In this document: piece after piece, positions 24,701 through 37,500 of the stretch
Layout of the letters: every line of letters starts with the position of its first letter
How positions within the stretch are numbered: the first letter of the stretch is position 1
Program-made: the position numbers and the translations under genes
Notes under the pieces: model-generated
Told to the model about the DNA's origin: nothing
Database searches by the model: none
What the model saw: only the letters and a program-made list of their open reading frames with translations
Assembly: GCA_951406725.2 (NCBI GenBank)
Contig: OX597816.1
Coordinates: 129,518,001-129,582,000, forward strand
Source of the DNA: Octopus vulgaris
Taxonomy: Eukaryota
DNA: 64,000 bases
Direction: 5' to 3'

Positions 24701-25928
24701 AAATATTCAGTCTATACGCTCACTGAATTATTACATATCAGTTTAAACATTCACACAAAATGGAATTTACTCTTAATACATTTAACTTTTTAATATTCAA
24801 ACCGTCCATATCAGGCCCAAATATTCTACCTGTTTTATGTTCACACTGACCAGATCAGGCCTCTCACGCCTACCTTACAATGTCATTCTAAAAATATACA
24901 ATCACATCAACATCCTGACTTTAGGAAACATTTTTTCAGGCTGAGAGTTGCTGAAGTATGGAACAAACTGCCAGCATCAGTTGTTAGTTGTCGGAGCACT
25001 GCATCCTTCAAAACTTCCATGCTTTCTGAGATTCGCCAACACTACACCTGATTTTCTCCCCTCCATACACACACAAGCATGTATCTGACTCATGCATTGT
25101 TCGCTTTCCAGACATTTGTACATTACTGCATATACTCTGACAAGTTGTGGTGCACCTGAGCACTGTATACAATAATTTCATTATTATTATTATTATTTTA
25201 ATCTGAAAGCTACAAGATAATGAATGATTAATTCAAAATAATGTGAATAAATAAGTATTACATTTGACAGTAATTTGAAGGCTAAAGGGTTTAAACTGTA
25301 ATCCAGTCATGGCTGTGTGATTGAGAAGCTTACTTCCCAACCATGTGGTCTTGGGTTCAGTCCCATTGCATGGCAACTTGGCAAGTGTCTTCTACTATTG
25401 CCTTGAGCCAACCAAAGCCTTGTGAGTGGACTTGGTAGACAGAAATTGAAAGAAGCCCATATGTGTGTGTGTGTACCCCTGTCAAGAACATCATCATACA
25501 AGCAAATTTGTTCATTTCCAGTCTTTTGCAAAAACCATCTCTCCCAGTGGGAAAATATAACCTTGCTTGGAAATAGGTAAGGGTCAGCAGCAGGAAGGGC
25601 ATCCAGCTGTAGAAAATCTGCCTCAACAAATTCTGTCTGACCCATGCTAACATAGAAAAGTGGACATCAAATGACAATGATTTTCTTAAAAACTAAAAAT
25701 AAATTACATATTTACTCACAGTTCCTGGAACATGAGCAATTCCATAATATTTATTCTGAAGAGCCCCCAAAATCTCAATTGTTGATGTTTCTGCTGGCAG
25801 TTTCCCATGGTATACTTGGTCAAGGATTGAGTAGAATACTTGCAGTTGAAGATCCTACAAAAGAAAAACTTTAAAAATTATTGTTGTACAACAACAAAGA
25901 TATAATTGTTTGGCTTATATAATTTCAG

Positions 25929-25973
<45 letters not shown>

Positions 25974-28900
25974 TATTATTGCAACAATATTTTTATTTGT
26001 ATCTTTCAAAATAAGACTTACAGAAGCTGCAAACAACTTTTTAGCAGCACAAAGATTGTGAATAATTTCCATTTTCAGTGGTTCACCTGTCTTGTAATGT
26101 CTGGCAAATGTTGATAAAACCTAAAAGTAATTGAAAAATACAATAATAATTTCTTAACAAAAAGCACTAATAACCCACAACAGATACAACTAAAACAACT
26201 ATATTTACTGGCTCCAGTCAAGACAGATCTTCATCATCATACTTTTACATCTGCTTATCAATGCTGGCATGGGTTAGAAGGGGCATCTCAGACCAGATCA
26301 GTTCTTATTTTGAGTTACTGTCCTGCTAAATGGGTCAAGAACCATGTCTTGTTCATATGTTCCATTTTGACATGTTTTCTAAGGTTAAATACCCTTCCTT
26401 TCACCTCAGAGTTCATTGTGTGCATAATACTGTGACAGCAGCATTACAGAGATTGCCATGTTCTCACAGAGGAGTACTCTCTAACTTATGTTGCCACAAA
26501 CAATTTTATTGAGTGGCTGTGTGGTTAAGAAGCTTGCTTCCCAACCATGTGATTTGGGGTTCAGTCCCAGTGTGGCATCTTAAGCTGACTAAAGAAGTGA
26601 TTGAAAACTGAAAGAAGCCATCATTATTTAACGTCCGCCTTCCATGCTGACATGGGTTGGATGGTTTGACATGGAGCTGACTAGCAGGGAGTTTTCCAGA
26701 CTACAACTGTCTGTTGTGGCATGGTTTCTACTGCTGGATGCCCTTCCTAATGCCAACCACTTAACAGGGTGTGCCAGTTGTATATAAACGTGTGTGTGTA
26801 ATTTTATATTCAGGTATACACCTTGTAGTATGCTGTTTAAAGCCTATTCCCAGTATTCGGCTACCTGAAGTTATCAACAGTATGAAGGTATATATAACTA
26901 GATTTACTTCAGGAATTCCTTCATGTCTGTAAAGTCTATAAAACATGGGAGAAAGAAAATGGAATTCATGAGGCTTTATGATACACTATGATTGTTTTTA
27001 CACCACAAGTGTTTGAGCAGCATCATACCTACAGGGCACTGATGCATGATGGGTCAAAATAATTATAGTGAATAATAAAGAGTCTCATGAATGCCATTTC
27101 CTTTCTCTCATATTTTGTGTGTGTGCACACATGTACTCTTGTCTAGACATCACATGATGGTTATAAATTAGCATCGTGGTCATAGAAGTGAGGTTGTTTG
27201 TCAAGTTTTTCATGAAAAACATATCTAGCTATGGCAAAATAATATCTTGTTTCAAAACAGTTGAGTGTTGGCCACAGGAAGGGCATCCAGCCATAGAAAA
27301 TCCACTCAGCAAATTCCATCTGCAACCATGGAAAATCCTCATCGTTTAACGTCCACTCTCCATACTGGCATGGGTTGGATGGTTTAACATGAAGCTGGCT
27401 AGCAGGGAGCTATCCAGACTCCAGCTGTCTGTTATGACATGATTTCTATGGCTGGATACCTGGGTGCTTTCTACATGCCACCAGTACGGATGAATTTATG
27501 CAGCACCAGCATGGGTGCTTAAGTGGCACCGGCACCTGAAAGGACAAGTCTGTATGTGTGGAAGACAGCGATTTTACTTTTAGCTGGAAAAGTGGATGTT
27601 AAATGCTGATGAGGATGGTGACACCAGAATTAGAGACAGTGTCTTACTCCCAGAGTAAGATAAGCTCTCTAATATAACCATCATCATCATCGTTTAACGT
27701 CCGTTTTCCATGCTAGCATGGGTTGGACAGTTCAACTGGGAACTAGTCACAATACTTCTATGTAAAGAAATGCATGCAAATTTCCAAAATTCACATCTCC
27801 ATCAAACCCATACCACTATGAAAGAACATACAGTAAAATAATAATAAAAATATGGGGAAAAAAAAGCAGGAGAAAGAGGAGCTTACCCTGGGATCAGATG
27901 CGAAATATTCCATAAGTACTGATGGAACTTCAGCAAAATCCGTGGAACATCGTGTTCCTAGAAAGGAAAACAAGGATAATAGGTAATAAGAATCTCAATC
28001 CCAATTACAATAATTCAGTTAATTAAAACAGTTGACATATCCCACTCAAAACAAAACTTACATATTCTGTCAGAAAGGAAAAGAAAAGCTTTCTGTTATT
28101 ACCCTATGAAACTAGCTTGTATTCCCTTATGTTTCTTTTGCCAAACATCCAAAAGATGCATACTAATTATATGCCCTCCCCCAACTTTCACACCCTTTGA
28201 AATATCAATAAGCTTGTTTATTTCCTAATCTTCCTAATACACACATATATACGCACACATGGATGCATCACCATCATTGGCATTTACCATCTCTTTTCCA
28301 TGTTGGATGGTTTAAGAGGATCCAACAAGCCACAGGGCTATGCTGAGCTCCTATGTCAGCATTGGCATGGTTTCTATGGTTGGATGCCCTGCCTAATGCC
28401 AACCACTTTACAGAGTGTACTCGATACTTTTTTCATGTCACCAATACTAGTAAGGTTACTAAGTAACTTGCAAGTTAGAAAAAAAACAGGAATAAAAAGA
28501 AGGGAAAAAACTCTTGCTATTTAGTGGAGAGAGTATTTGTATAGGGTAGGTGGTTTTATACCAGGTGCTGACACATACATATATATGCACACACACACAC
28601 ACACACACACACATTATTTGATTCAGTCAAACAAAACGAGATCTTACAGTAAACCCTGGACTTCATCAGACACTATATTTTGTTTTTGAATTTTTAGCCT
28701 TTCCAAGCAAAGCAATATTTTCACGTGACCAGACATGTTTTGGAAATTGGAAATGAGTGGCACCACTTGTATTATGGTACTGCTAATATCGAACAATGTC
28801 ATGATAGGGAAGCACAAAACACACACACACAATGACAGGCTTCTTTCAGTTTCCATCTACCAAATCCACTCACAAGTTTTGGTCAGCCAAGGGTTATAGT

Positions 28901-31900
28901 AGATGACACTTATCCAAGGTGCCACACAGAAGGACTGAATCCCATACCACATAGTTAGAAAGCAAGCTTCTCAACCACACAGCTATTCCTGTACCTATAT
29001 ACCAGTTTAATTTGTCTGCCATTATTATTGTTATTAAGGTGGTAAGCTAGCAGAATTGTTAGCAGGTGTAGGAGTGGCTGTGTGGTAAGCAGCTTGCTTA
29101 CGAACCACATGGTTCAGGGTTTAGTCCCACTGCGCGACACCTTGGGCAAGTGTCTTCCTTGTGAGTGGATTTGGTAGACAGAAACTGAAAGGAGCCCGTC
29201 GTATATATGTGTTTGTGTGTCTGTGTTTGTGCCCCCCCCAACATCGCTTGACAACCGATGCTGGTGTGTTTACGTCCCCGTAACTTTGGCTAAGAGACTA
29301 ATAGAATAAGTACTAGGCTTACAAAGAATAAGTCCTAAAGGCGGTGCTCCAGCATGGCCACAGTCAAATGACAAACAAATAAATAAAAGAGTAAAAGAGT
29401 ATGCCGGGCGAAATGCTTAGTGGTATTTCATCTGCTGCTACATTCTTAGTTCAAATTCCACTGAGGTCAACTTTGTTTTTCATCCTTTCAGGGTCAATAA
29501 ATTGCCAGTGAAACACTGGTGTTGATATAACTGACTATCCCCGACTCCCAAATTTCAGGCCTTGTGCCTATAGTAGAAAAGATTATCATTACTATTGCTT
29601 TATTAAGTCTCAAAAGAACTTACCAGTGACATGTTGGTATTTTGTACGGCCAAGCATTGAATGCATAGCATGACCAAATTCATGGAATAAATTCTCCATC
29701 ATACCAGGACTCAAAAGAGATGGAACACTCGTTTGAGGTGGAGGGAAATTCAACTGTAGAACAACTATCGGCAGCTGGTATGTCCCATCTTCTTTTAAAC
29801 GACCACCTTGGATAGTGAAGTGGCAATCCTAAATTAAAATAATAAAAAAACAATTATGACAGAATACGACCAGAGTGTTGAAAACATACATCTGCATAAA
29901 TTGAAGGGAAATAATCAACTGATTTCTAACCTAGTCACAAGACATTCGAATTTGGTTGGCAGTGTACAGGCACCTATACTAAACTAGAATTTATCTTATT
30001 AAGTCCGTAAGGATCAAAGACAATATCATCCTCTGGTGACTTGAACTGAGGGCCTAAAGGGAGTGACCTAAATACTGGAGGTATTTCATCTGTCTCTCTA
30101 ACAATTCTGCTAATCTACTGCCCTAATATGAAGAAAATTAGGAATACTGCAACATATTTTCCAAGTGTACATCCTCTTTTGATAGTAGAGTAAAACGAGA
30201 ATTTCACTGAGAACATAATGCTACTACAGTACTGCATTATTACTATCCTGTTTGATAACTCTAAAACCCATCAAATTGGGTTCAGTTAAACCATGGGGAT
30301 GTGGCTATGTAGTAAGAAGCTTGCTTTTCACCACATGGTCCCAGGTTCAGTTCTCCTGCATGGCACCTAGTGCAAGTGTCTTGTACTAGAACTTCAAGCC
30401 AACCAAAACCTTGTGAGTGGATTTGGAAGATGGAAACTGAAAGAAACTCGTCATATGTGTGTGTGTGTGTCTTTGTGTCTGTGTTTGTTTACCACCACCA
30501 GTTGACAAGCAATGATGGTGTGTTTATGTCCTCATATGTTAGTGGTTCGGCAAAAGAGAACCAATAGAATATATTCTGAGGAAGGGAGTGAATCACTCCC
30601 CTCCAGCTTGGCAAGACCAGTAGACCATGGTTTCTGGGTCTTTACCCATCATCAGTACTGGATACCTGCCTGCTAGAGATAGTAGTCAAATGTCCCTACT
30701 CACAATATATATATAAACAGAAAAGCGGTAGACAGCCATTGATCTCATAACGAGCAAAGTAGCTAGCTCTAAAATCTCTAAACGAGATATAAGTAGTAAC
30801 AATACTTGATGGTAACATTTTTTTTTCCACTATAACATGGCTGTTCTAAACAGTACTGTGTTACTACATTTTAACTCCAGGAAAACATCTTTTCCAGCTG
30901 GTAAAGATCCAGAAACCATGGTCTACAGGTTTTGCCAAGCTGGAGGGGAGCAATTCGCTCCCTTATTCACAATATATCAGACACAGGTTGTGGGTCATTA
31001 ACCAACAGTGGCAAAATATATACACACACACACACATGTATAAATATATACACAGACAGAGTAAAGCCTTGATTTAATGGAATCCAAGTTAATGGATCAA
31101 ATAATAATACATTTATGAATAACTTTTTTTATTTTAAATCACTAACTGCATGCATGGAGTAAATTGAAGATAAAACGTTTTGAGAGAGAGAGGACTTTTT
31201 CACAGAGCAGAATGGGTGCAAGATGTATGGAATACAAGCAAGAAAAAGGAACAATAGCAAAATACTCTTCAACCACACACACAAAAGGAAAAGGAAAAAT
31301 TATATATTCCTTATAACAATTTAACAGTCTTGTATTGCACACTTGTCTATAAAGTTACCATAGTCAACAGTAATAATTGTATACAAACAGAACCTACCTG
31401 AATCGGCTTTCCAATTCTTTCATAAAAATCACAATAGATATACCCTAACACTCCTTCTGTTCCATGAACTACAGCCTAGAAAAAATAATGGATTATGTAT
31501 TAGAAAACATAAATGAATGGTAATAAAATAGCAAGGCTCTGAACAATTGTTTTTTGTTTTTTTTTCTAAACAGAAATAGAATATATCCCTCTAAAAAGAG
31601 AGGGACATATTGAATAATGTAGCCCTTAAAATCCAATGATCAAGAGAAAGACAGAATGGTCATGATTGAAACTCCTTTGATGATAGGTCTGCTTAGTCAG
31701 AGCTGACTTGAGACTCAACAATACAGAAGTTCCGTGAAAGCAATGATAAATGAAATTTAGAGAAGGAACGAGAGAGAAGAATAATGTCATGAATTTTTCA
31801 ACCTAAAATTACACTGTATAGGGGTGTTTTGTGTGTAGATCCCGGATATAACATCCGTTTCTTTCTGTAACCCTCCAGTTTCTCATAAATTACCATCTTA

Positions 31901-34488
31901 CTTATGTTAAATACACTTGATGATTCCATAAGAATTGAGTGCAAACAGGATTGGGCACTACCACAAAGCCCTTTCAGCATTATAAACTAGAAAATATGTA
32001 AACTTACCAATTTACAGACATCATATGACCATACCTCCCCATGCTCCACTTCCACAGGCTGAAGATGGACATCATATAAACATTTGAATAAATTATTAAG
32101 TCCTTCCATACAGCATCCCAGAGAGAAGTAAGCAAAGAGTTCAGTGTTGTTTACATTACACCTGCAAAAAATACATAAATTAATCAGTTGTTTATCCTAC
32201 TACACTGTCTTTTGCGGGGCAGGGGGATGTCTTTTGCTAGCCATATGACGAATACACTATACTACCTTAGAATTCACATACAGATAAATAAGAAAATTAC
32301 CTACTATGGCTATTCTGAATATTTCATATGAAATATTCAATCATTATTCACTAAGTCAATATAATATGAAAGTGACCAAGACCTTTGGCAATATACCATG
32401 CTTGAGAAGACCTGTTGTGACCAGTACCAGTGTTTCATAACTGGTACCCATGCCAGTGGTACATAAAAAACACCCACTACACTCCTGGAGTGGCTGGCAT
32501 TAGGAAGGGCATCCAGCTGTAGAAACCATGCCAAATCAGAATGGAACCTGGTGCAGCTGCCCAGCTTGCCAGTTTTCAGTCAAACTGTCCAACCGATGCC
32601 AGCAAGAAAAACAGACATATGATGATGATGATGATGATGATGATGACACCAGCTGCCAAGCAAGTGATTTCCATATCATTAGGAGTTCTCTACACATACT
32701 TTATTAGTTTTATTATGAGGTTTTCTAAATATGTTAGAATATTTCAACTAGCTTGCTGGAGATTTTGTGAATTAAAAGCAATAATGTTTAATCTACCCAA
32801 TCAAATATGAAATATTTAGAATTGTATCAAATTTTAAAAGATTTTTAGATTAGCTAATGTGACACTGCACCTGTCAGATAGTGTGAAAATGATTAATAGT
32901 AAACCGTTTCTATGGCAACCAATTGTTGCATCATTGGGTATGGCATCTCAGATGTTGTACTTTATATAAAAAAATCTTATGAAACTTTACAAAAACAAAT
33001 GCAGCAATTACAAAGCATGTAACGTGCATAGACTTAGGAACAAGGAGTACAAGTGCACCTCCTAAAAGTTGCGATGGGAGCAATGAAAATGCTTTGAACA
33101 TCTTGAGTTGGACCTGGGTTTGCACCCACTAAGCTAATTTTGTACCCACACTTATGATAATGTTAATGTAATATGGAGTTTTAAGAAAAATTAGTAATTA
33201 TGAGTACATTAATTACTAATAGGCATAGGAGTGGCTGTGTGGTAAGTAGCTTGCTTACCAACCACATGATTCAGGGTTCAGTCCCACTGTGTGGCACCTT
33301 GGGCAAGTGTCTTCTACTATAGCCTTGGGCCAACCAAAGCCTTGTGAGTGGAATTGGGAGATGGAAACTGAAAGAAGCCCGTTGTGTGTATATATATATA
33401 TATATGTGTGTGTGTATGTATGTATGTGTGTGTTTGTGTGTCTCCCCACCCCCACAACATCACTTGACAACCGATGCTGGTGTGTTTACGTCCCCGTAAC
33501 TTAGCGGTTCGGAAAAAGAGACCGATAGAATAAGTACTAGGCTTACAAAGAATAAGTCTTGGGGTCAATTTGCTCAACTAAAAGCGGTGCTCCAGCATGG
33601 CCACAGTCAAACGACTGAAACAAGTAAAAGAGTAAAAGAGAGAGTAAAGAGTAATAGTTAATACAAAATTCAGAAAAATACAATTTAAGTGCTCTTTTAG
33701 TGAAAAATATACAATTTACTATGACATCATCATTTAACATCTGTAGTCTATGCTGGCATGGTTTGACCAGAGCTGGCAAGCCAGAGAGCTGCACCAGACT
33801 CCAGTCTGTTTTGGCCTGGTTTTTACAGTTGGATGTCCTTCCTAATGCCAACCACTTTACAGAGTGTACTGGGTGCTTTTACATTGCACTGCATGGATGC
33901 TTTTATGCAGCACCACACGGGCACTTTTACGTTGCGCCACACAGGCGCTTTCACATGGCACCTCAAGAGCACATTTTATGTGACAATATATACAATTAAT
34001 AAGTTCAAGCATCAGCTTTGATTATCAAAACAAAACCTTTTGATTGAAACCAAGTGAGATTCAAAGCCAGTTAAAAGAATAAAATAATTATTATTAATCA
34101 TCAAACGAGCAGTAAACAATTTAAACATGATATATTACCTTTCTTGTCTACTAAGTGCTGTATAATAAGGTGGGTCCCAGGGTTTCACAGTACACTGAAA
34201 GAGAATAGAACATTTAGGATTTCCTAAACAAGTTCAATGAAATTATAATTACTTCCAAGTATAAAATATAACAATAATAGTTTCAAATTTTGGCACAAGG
34301 CCAGCAACTTTGGAGGGATGTCAGTAGCTTACATCAACCCCAGTATCTAACTGGTACTTATTTTATCAACCCCGACAAGGATGAAAGCCAAAATCGACCT
34401 CAGTGGAATTTGAACTCAGAATGCAAAGACAGATGAAATACCACTAAACATTTTCCCAGTGTACTGACAATACTGCTGGCATGCTGTC

Positions 34489-34523
<35 letters not shown>

Positions 34524-37500
34524 CAATGATGATAATGAATAATAATGGCTTCAAATTTTGGCACAAGTCCAGCAAGTTTAGAGGTGGAGGTAAGTCGATT
34601 ACATCGACCCCAGTGGTGCTTATTTTATCTACCTTAAAAGGATGAAAAGCTAAGTTGACCTCAGCAGAACTTGAACTCAATACATAAAGATGGACAAAAT
34701 GCCGCTAAGCATTTTGCCTGGTGTGCTAATGGTTCTACCGGCTAGCCAACTAAATAATAATCATCATCGTTTAATGTCTGCTTTCCATGCTGGCATGGGT
34801 TGGACAGTCTGACTGAGGGCTGGCAAGCTGAAAGGCTGCACCAGGCTCCAATCTGATCTGGCAAAGTTTCTACAGCTGGATGCCCTTCCTAATGCCAACC
34901 ACTCTGAGAGTGTAGTGGGTGCTTTTTACGTACCATTGGCATAAGGGCCAGTCAGGCAGTACTGGCATCAACCACGCTTGAATGGTGCTTTTTACATGCC
35001 ACTGGCAATGACCATGCTCAAATGATGCTTTTTACATGCCACCAGCATGGGACCAGTCACAAAAATAAAGATGAAGGTAAATTTTAAGAGTATAAGAATG
35101 GTACCAGTAATTATGAATGGTAATGTGTAGAGAGGATAAAAGACAAAATGGTTGCTCATAGTGATGGTAATAAAACAGAAATATTTGCAGTGATGTTGAG
35201 ACATTTCAGCTTATGACATCAACTTTTTGTAGTATATGTTAAAGTACTTCTATATAGACATTCCACCCACTCAATGTAGTAACAAAATTTCCCTCCATAA
35301 ATTCCCAATTCTTTTTAAAATGGAGATTTCTATTATAAGTCCTAAATCTAAAGATAGCATGCTCAATAATCAAAATAGGAGGTCATGGCCACGACAACAT
35401 CTGAATAATGAAATTTAAAACAAACCAACATACTACAATCTTATATCTACAGTGACTCCTAAACAATGAATTGGTTCTCTCAATGTTCCAGCATCTCTTG
35501 AACGAAGTTGACTGAAGCTACTTAACAATAACAACTTTCATTCATAAGCAAAAATAAAATTATCCATTACTCTATTAAGAAAGTTATCATCATCACTCTA
35601 TCAACATCAAGCTTAACCATCTTATCTTGATTAAATTCTTAAATCAAGCATTTAATACCTGAGTTAGGTAACCAAAGTCAACTGCTGCTTCAACAAAAAA
35701 CACAATAACCCTTTAGCATTCAAACTGGCCAAATCAGGCCCAAATATTCTACCTGTTTTATGTTCAAACCAGCTAGTTCAGGCCTTTCACACCTACTATA
35801 CAATGTCATTCTAAAAATAAATGATCTTCAAAATCTCAAATGCATGATTAATTCAAAATTTATTTATCTAGTGATGCTGCTTAAACAGATTCTCATGACT
35901 CTCTACCACCACTCAGTTCTATTTGAATTGGGAGCTTGAGTCACAATGAATCTTTCATTAGCTGATTACACAGCCACAGACACTGCCCCTATAGATGCAT
36001 TGCAGTTCCTCTCTTGATACAGCTTGGTGATTCTGACCACTGATGTTCTAGGATTCCTCTGCACAACATCAATGTAAGATGCACTATAGACTCAGTTGAG
36101 CTCTTCCATTGCCTGTTTACAACCCACCATACTGCAGACTTCACCACATCCCTGGCAGGGTGGCTGAATGGGTGAAACAAACCCCTAACTATGCAGGGCA
36201 TGGCTGCCATTTTGTAAGATATTTTCAAAATATCCACATACCCGTATAATGTGAATAAATAATAATTGCATTTAACAGAGAAATCTGAATGCTAAAAGGA
36301 TAAAGCATGACATATTTTGCTTGATACTAGGTTGCAAACATCTCCAATCTAGCCCACTTCATTGCATTTCCAAACACACCATCAGATATTTAATCAACCA
36401 GGGTAATATACTTACTGACTGAGGATTAGAGGAGTACTGCATTTTCAACTTTAATATAGCACTGTAATCTTCATCAGCTCTTGAAAAAATAATAGTAACA
36501 TTAATTTAATGTCTCAAAATGTCCATTCCTACATTCAACAGATTTCTCTAAAATTAATCAGCTACTTCTCTTCCTCACTCACTCCTGATCATTCAATGAT
36601 GTGATGATCAAGCCAACAACAGAGCCCGTAGTTGGTCACATGATATGCTGTAAATAGCAGCCAAATATCTCTCAAATTACACTCTACTGTCTTAAAAAAA
36701 AGAGAGGATGTGTACATTAAATAATATTCTGGTTAGGGAAAAATAAGATGGGATGGTCACAGATGGAATACTTTTGATTACATGGATGTTCAATCAAGAC
36801 TGATCTGAGGCTAAACAACAACAATAACATTAATAGTTATGGGATTTTTCGTGTAGGAGTGAGGTAACAGGAACATATTAACTATTCTAGTTTATAGCGA
36901 GCTCTATAAATTACAACTTCTGAAACACATCTCATCCTAAAAATTCTAGATTCAGAATTGTTATCTGACAGAAATGGTTAGAGAGGACTGTAAATATGTC
37001 ATTATTAAAGATACAAATATGTTATTTGTTTGTCAATTAAAAAAAAAAAACTCTTTCAATATCACCTTCAACATCAACAAAAGTAACAATGATTTATAAT
37101 TCATTTTCTCACGTAGCATGTATTTGACACATCTGCATTATGCATAAAGCAAATTATTACATTAACTGTATGAACACTACAAAACTATTAGTGAAAATAT
37201 AGAAAAATTATTATTTTAACAAACAATTAAGTACTAACTTTTTCGAAACTTCTTTGGCAAGAGTTTCCAGAAAGTTCATAACATTAACTGAAACAGATAA
37301 GCAAAAAGCATTTCTGAATAGAATAAACAAAAAAAATATGACTAAACAAAATCTCTAATTTACTGAACAGTGAAAACCCTATTTACAGATAATATATATA
37401 CTGCCTTTAGGAAATGTTACATGACTCTACACATTTCATTTTACTTAGTAAAAAAAAAAAATAATGACGATGATGATGTTCTAAAGTGCCTAGTACAAAA

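Noticed and set aside
33222-33290. tRNA-like A/B boxes
   Set aside because: Head of a multicopy SINE; no full cloverleaf
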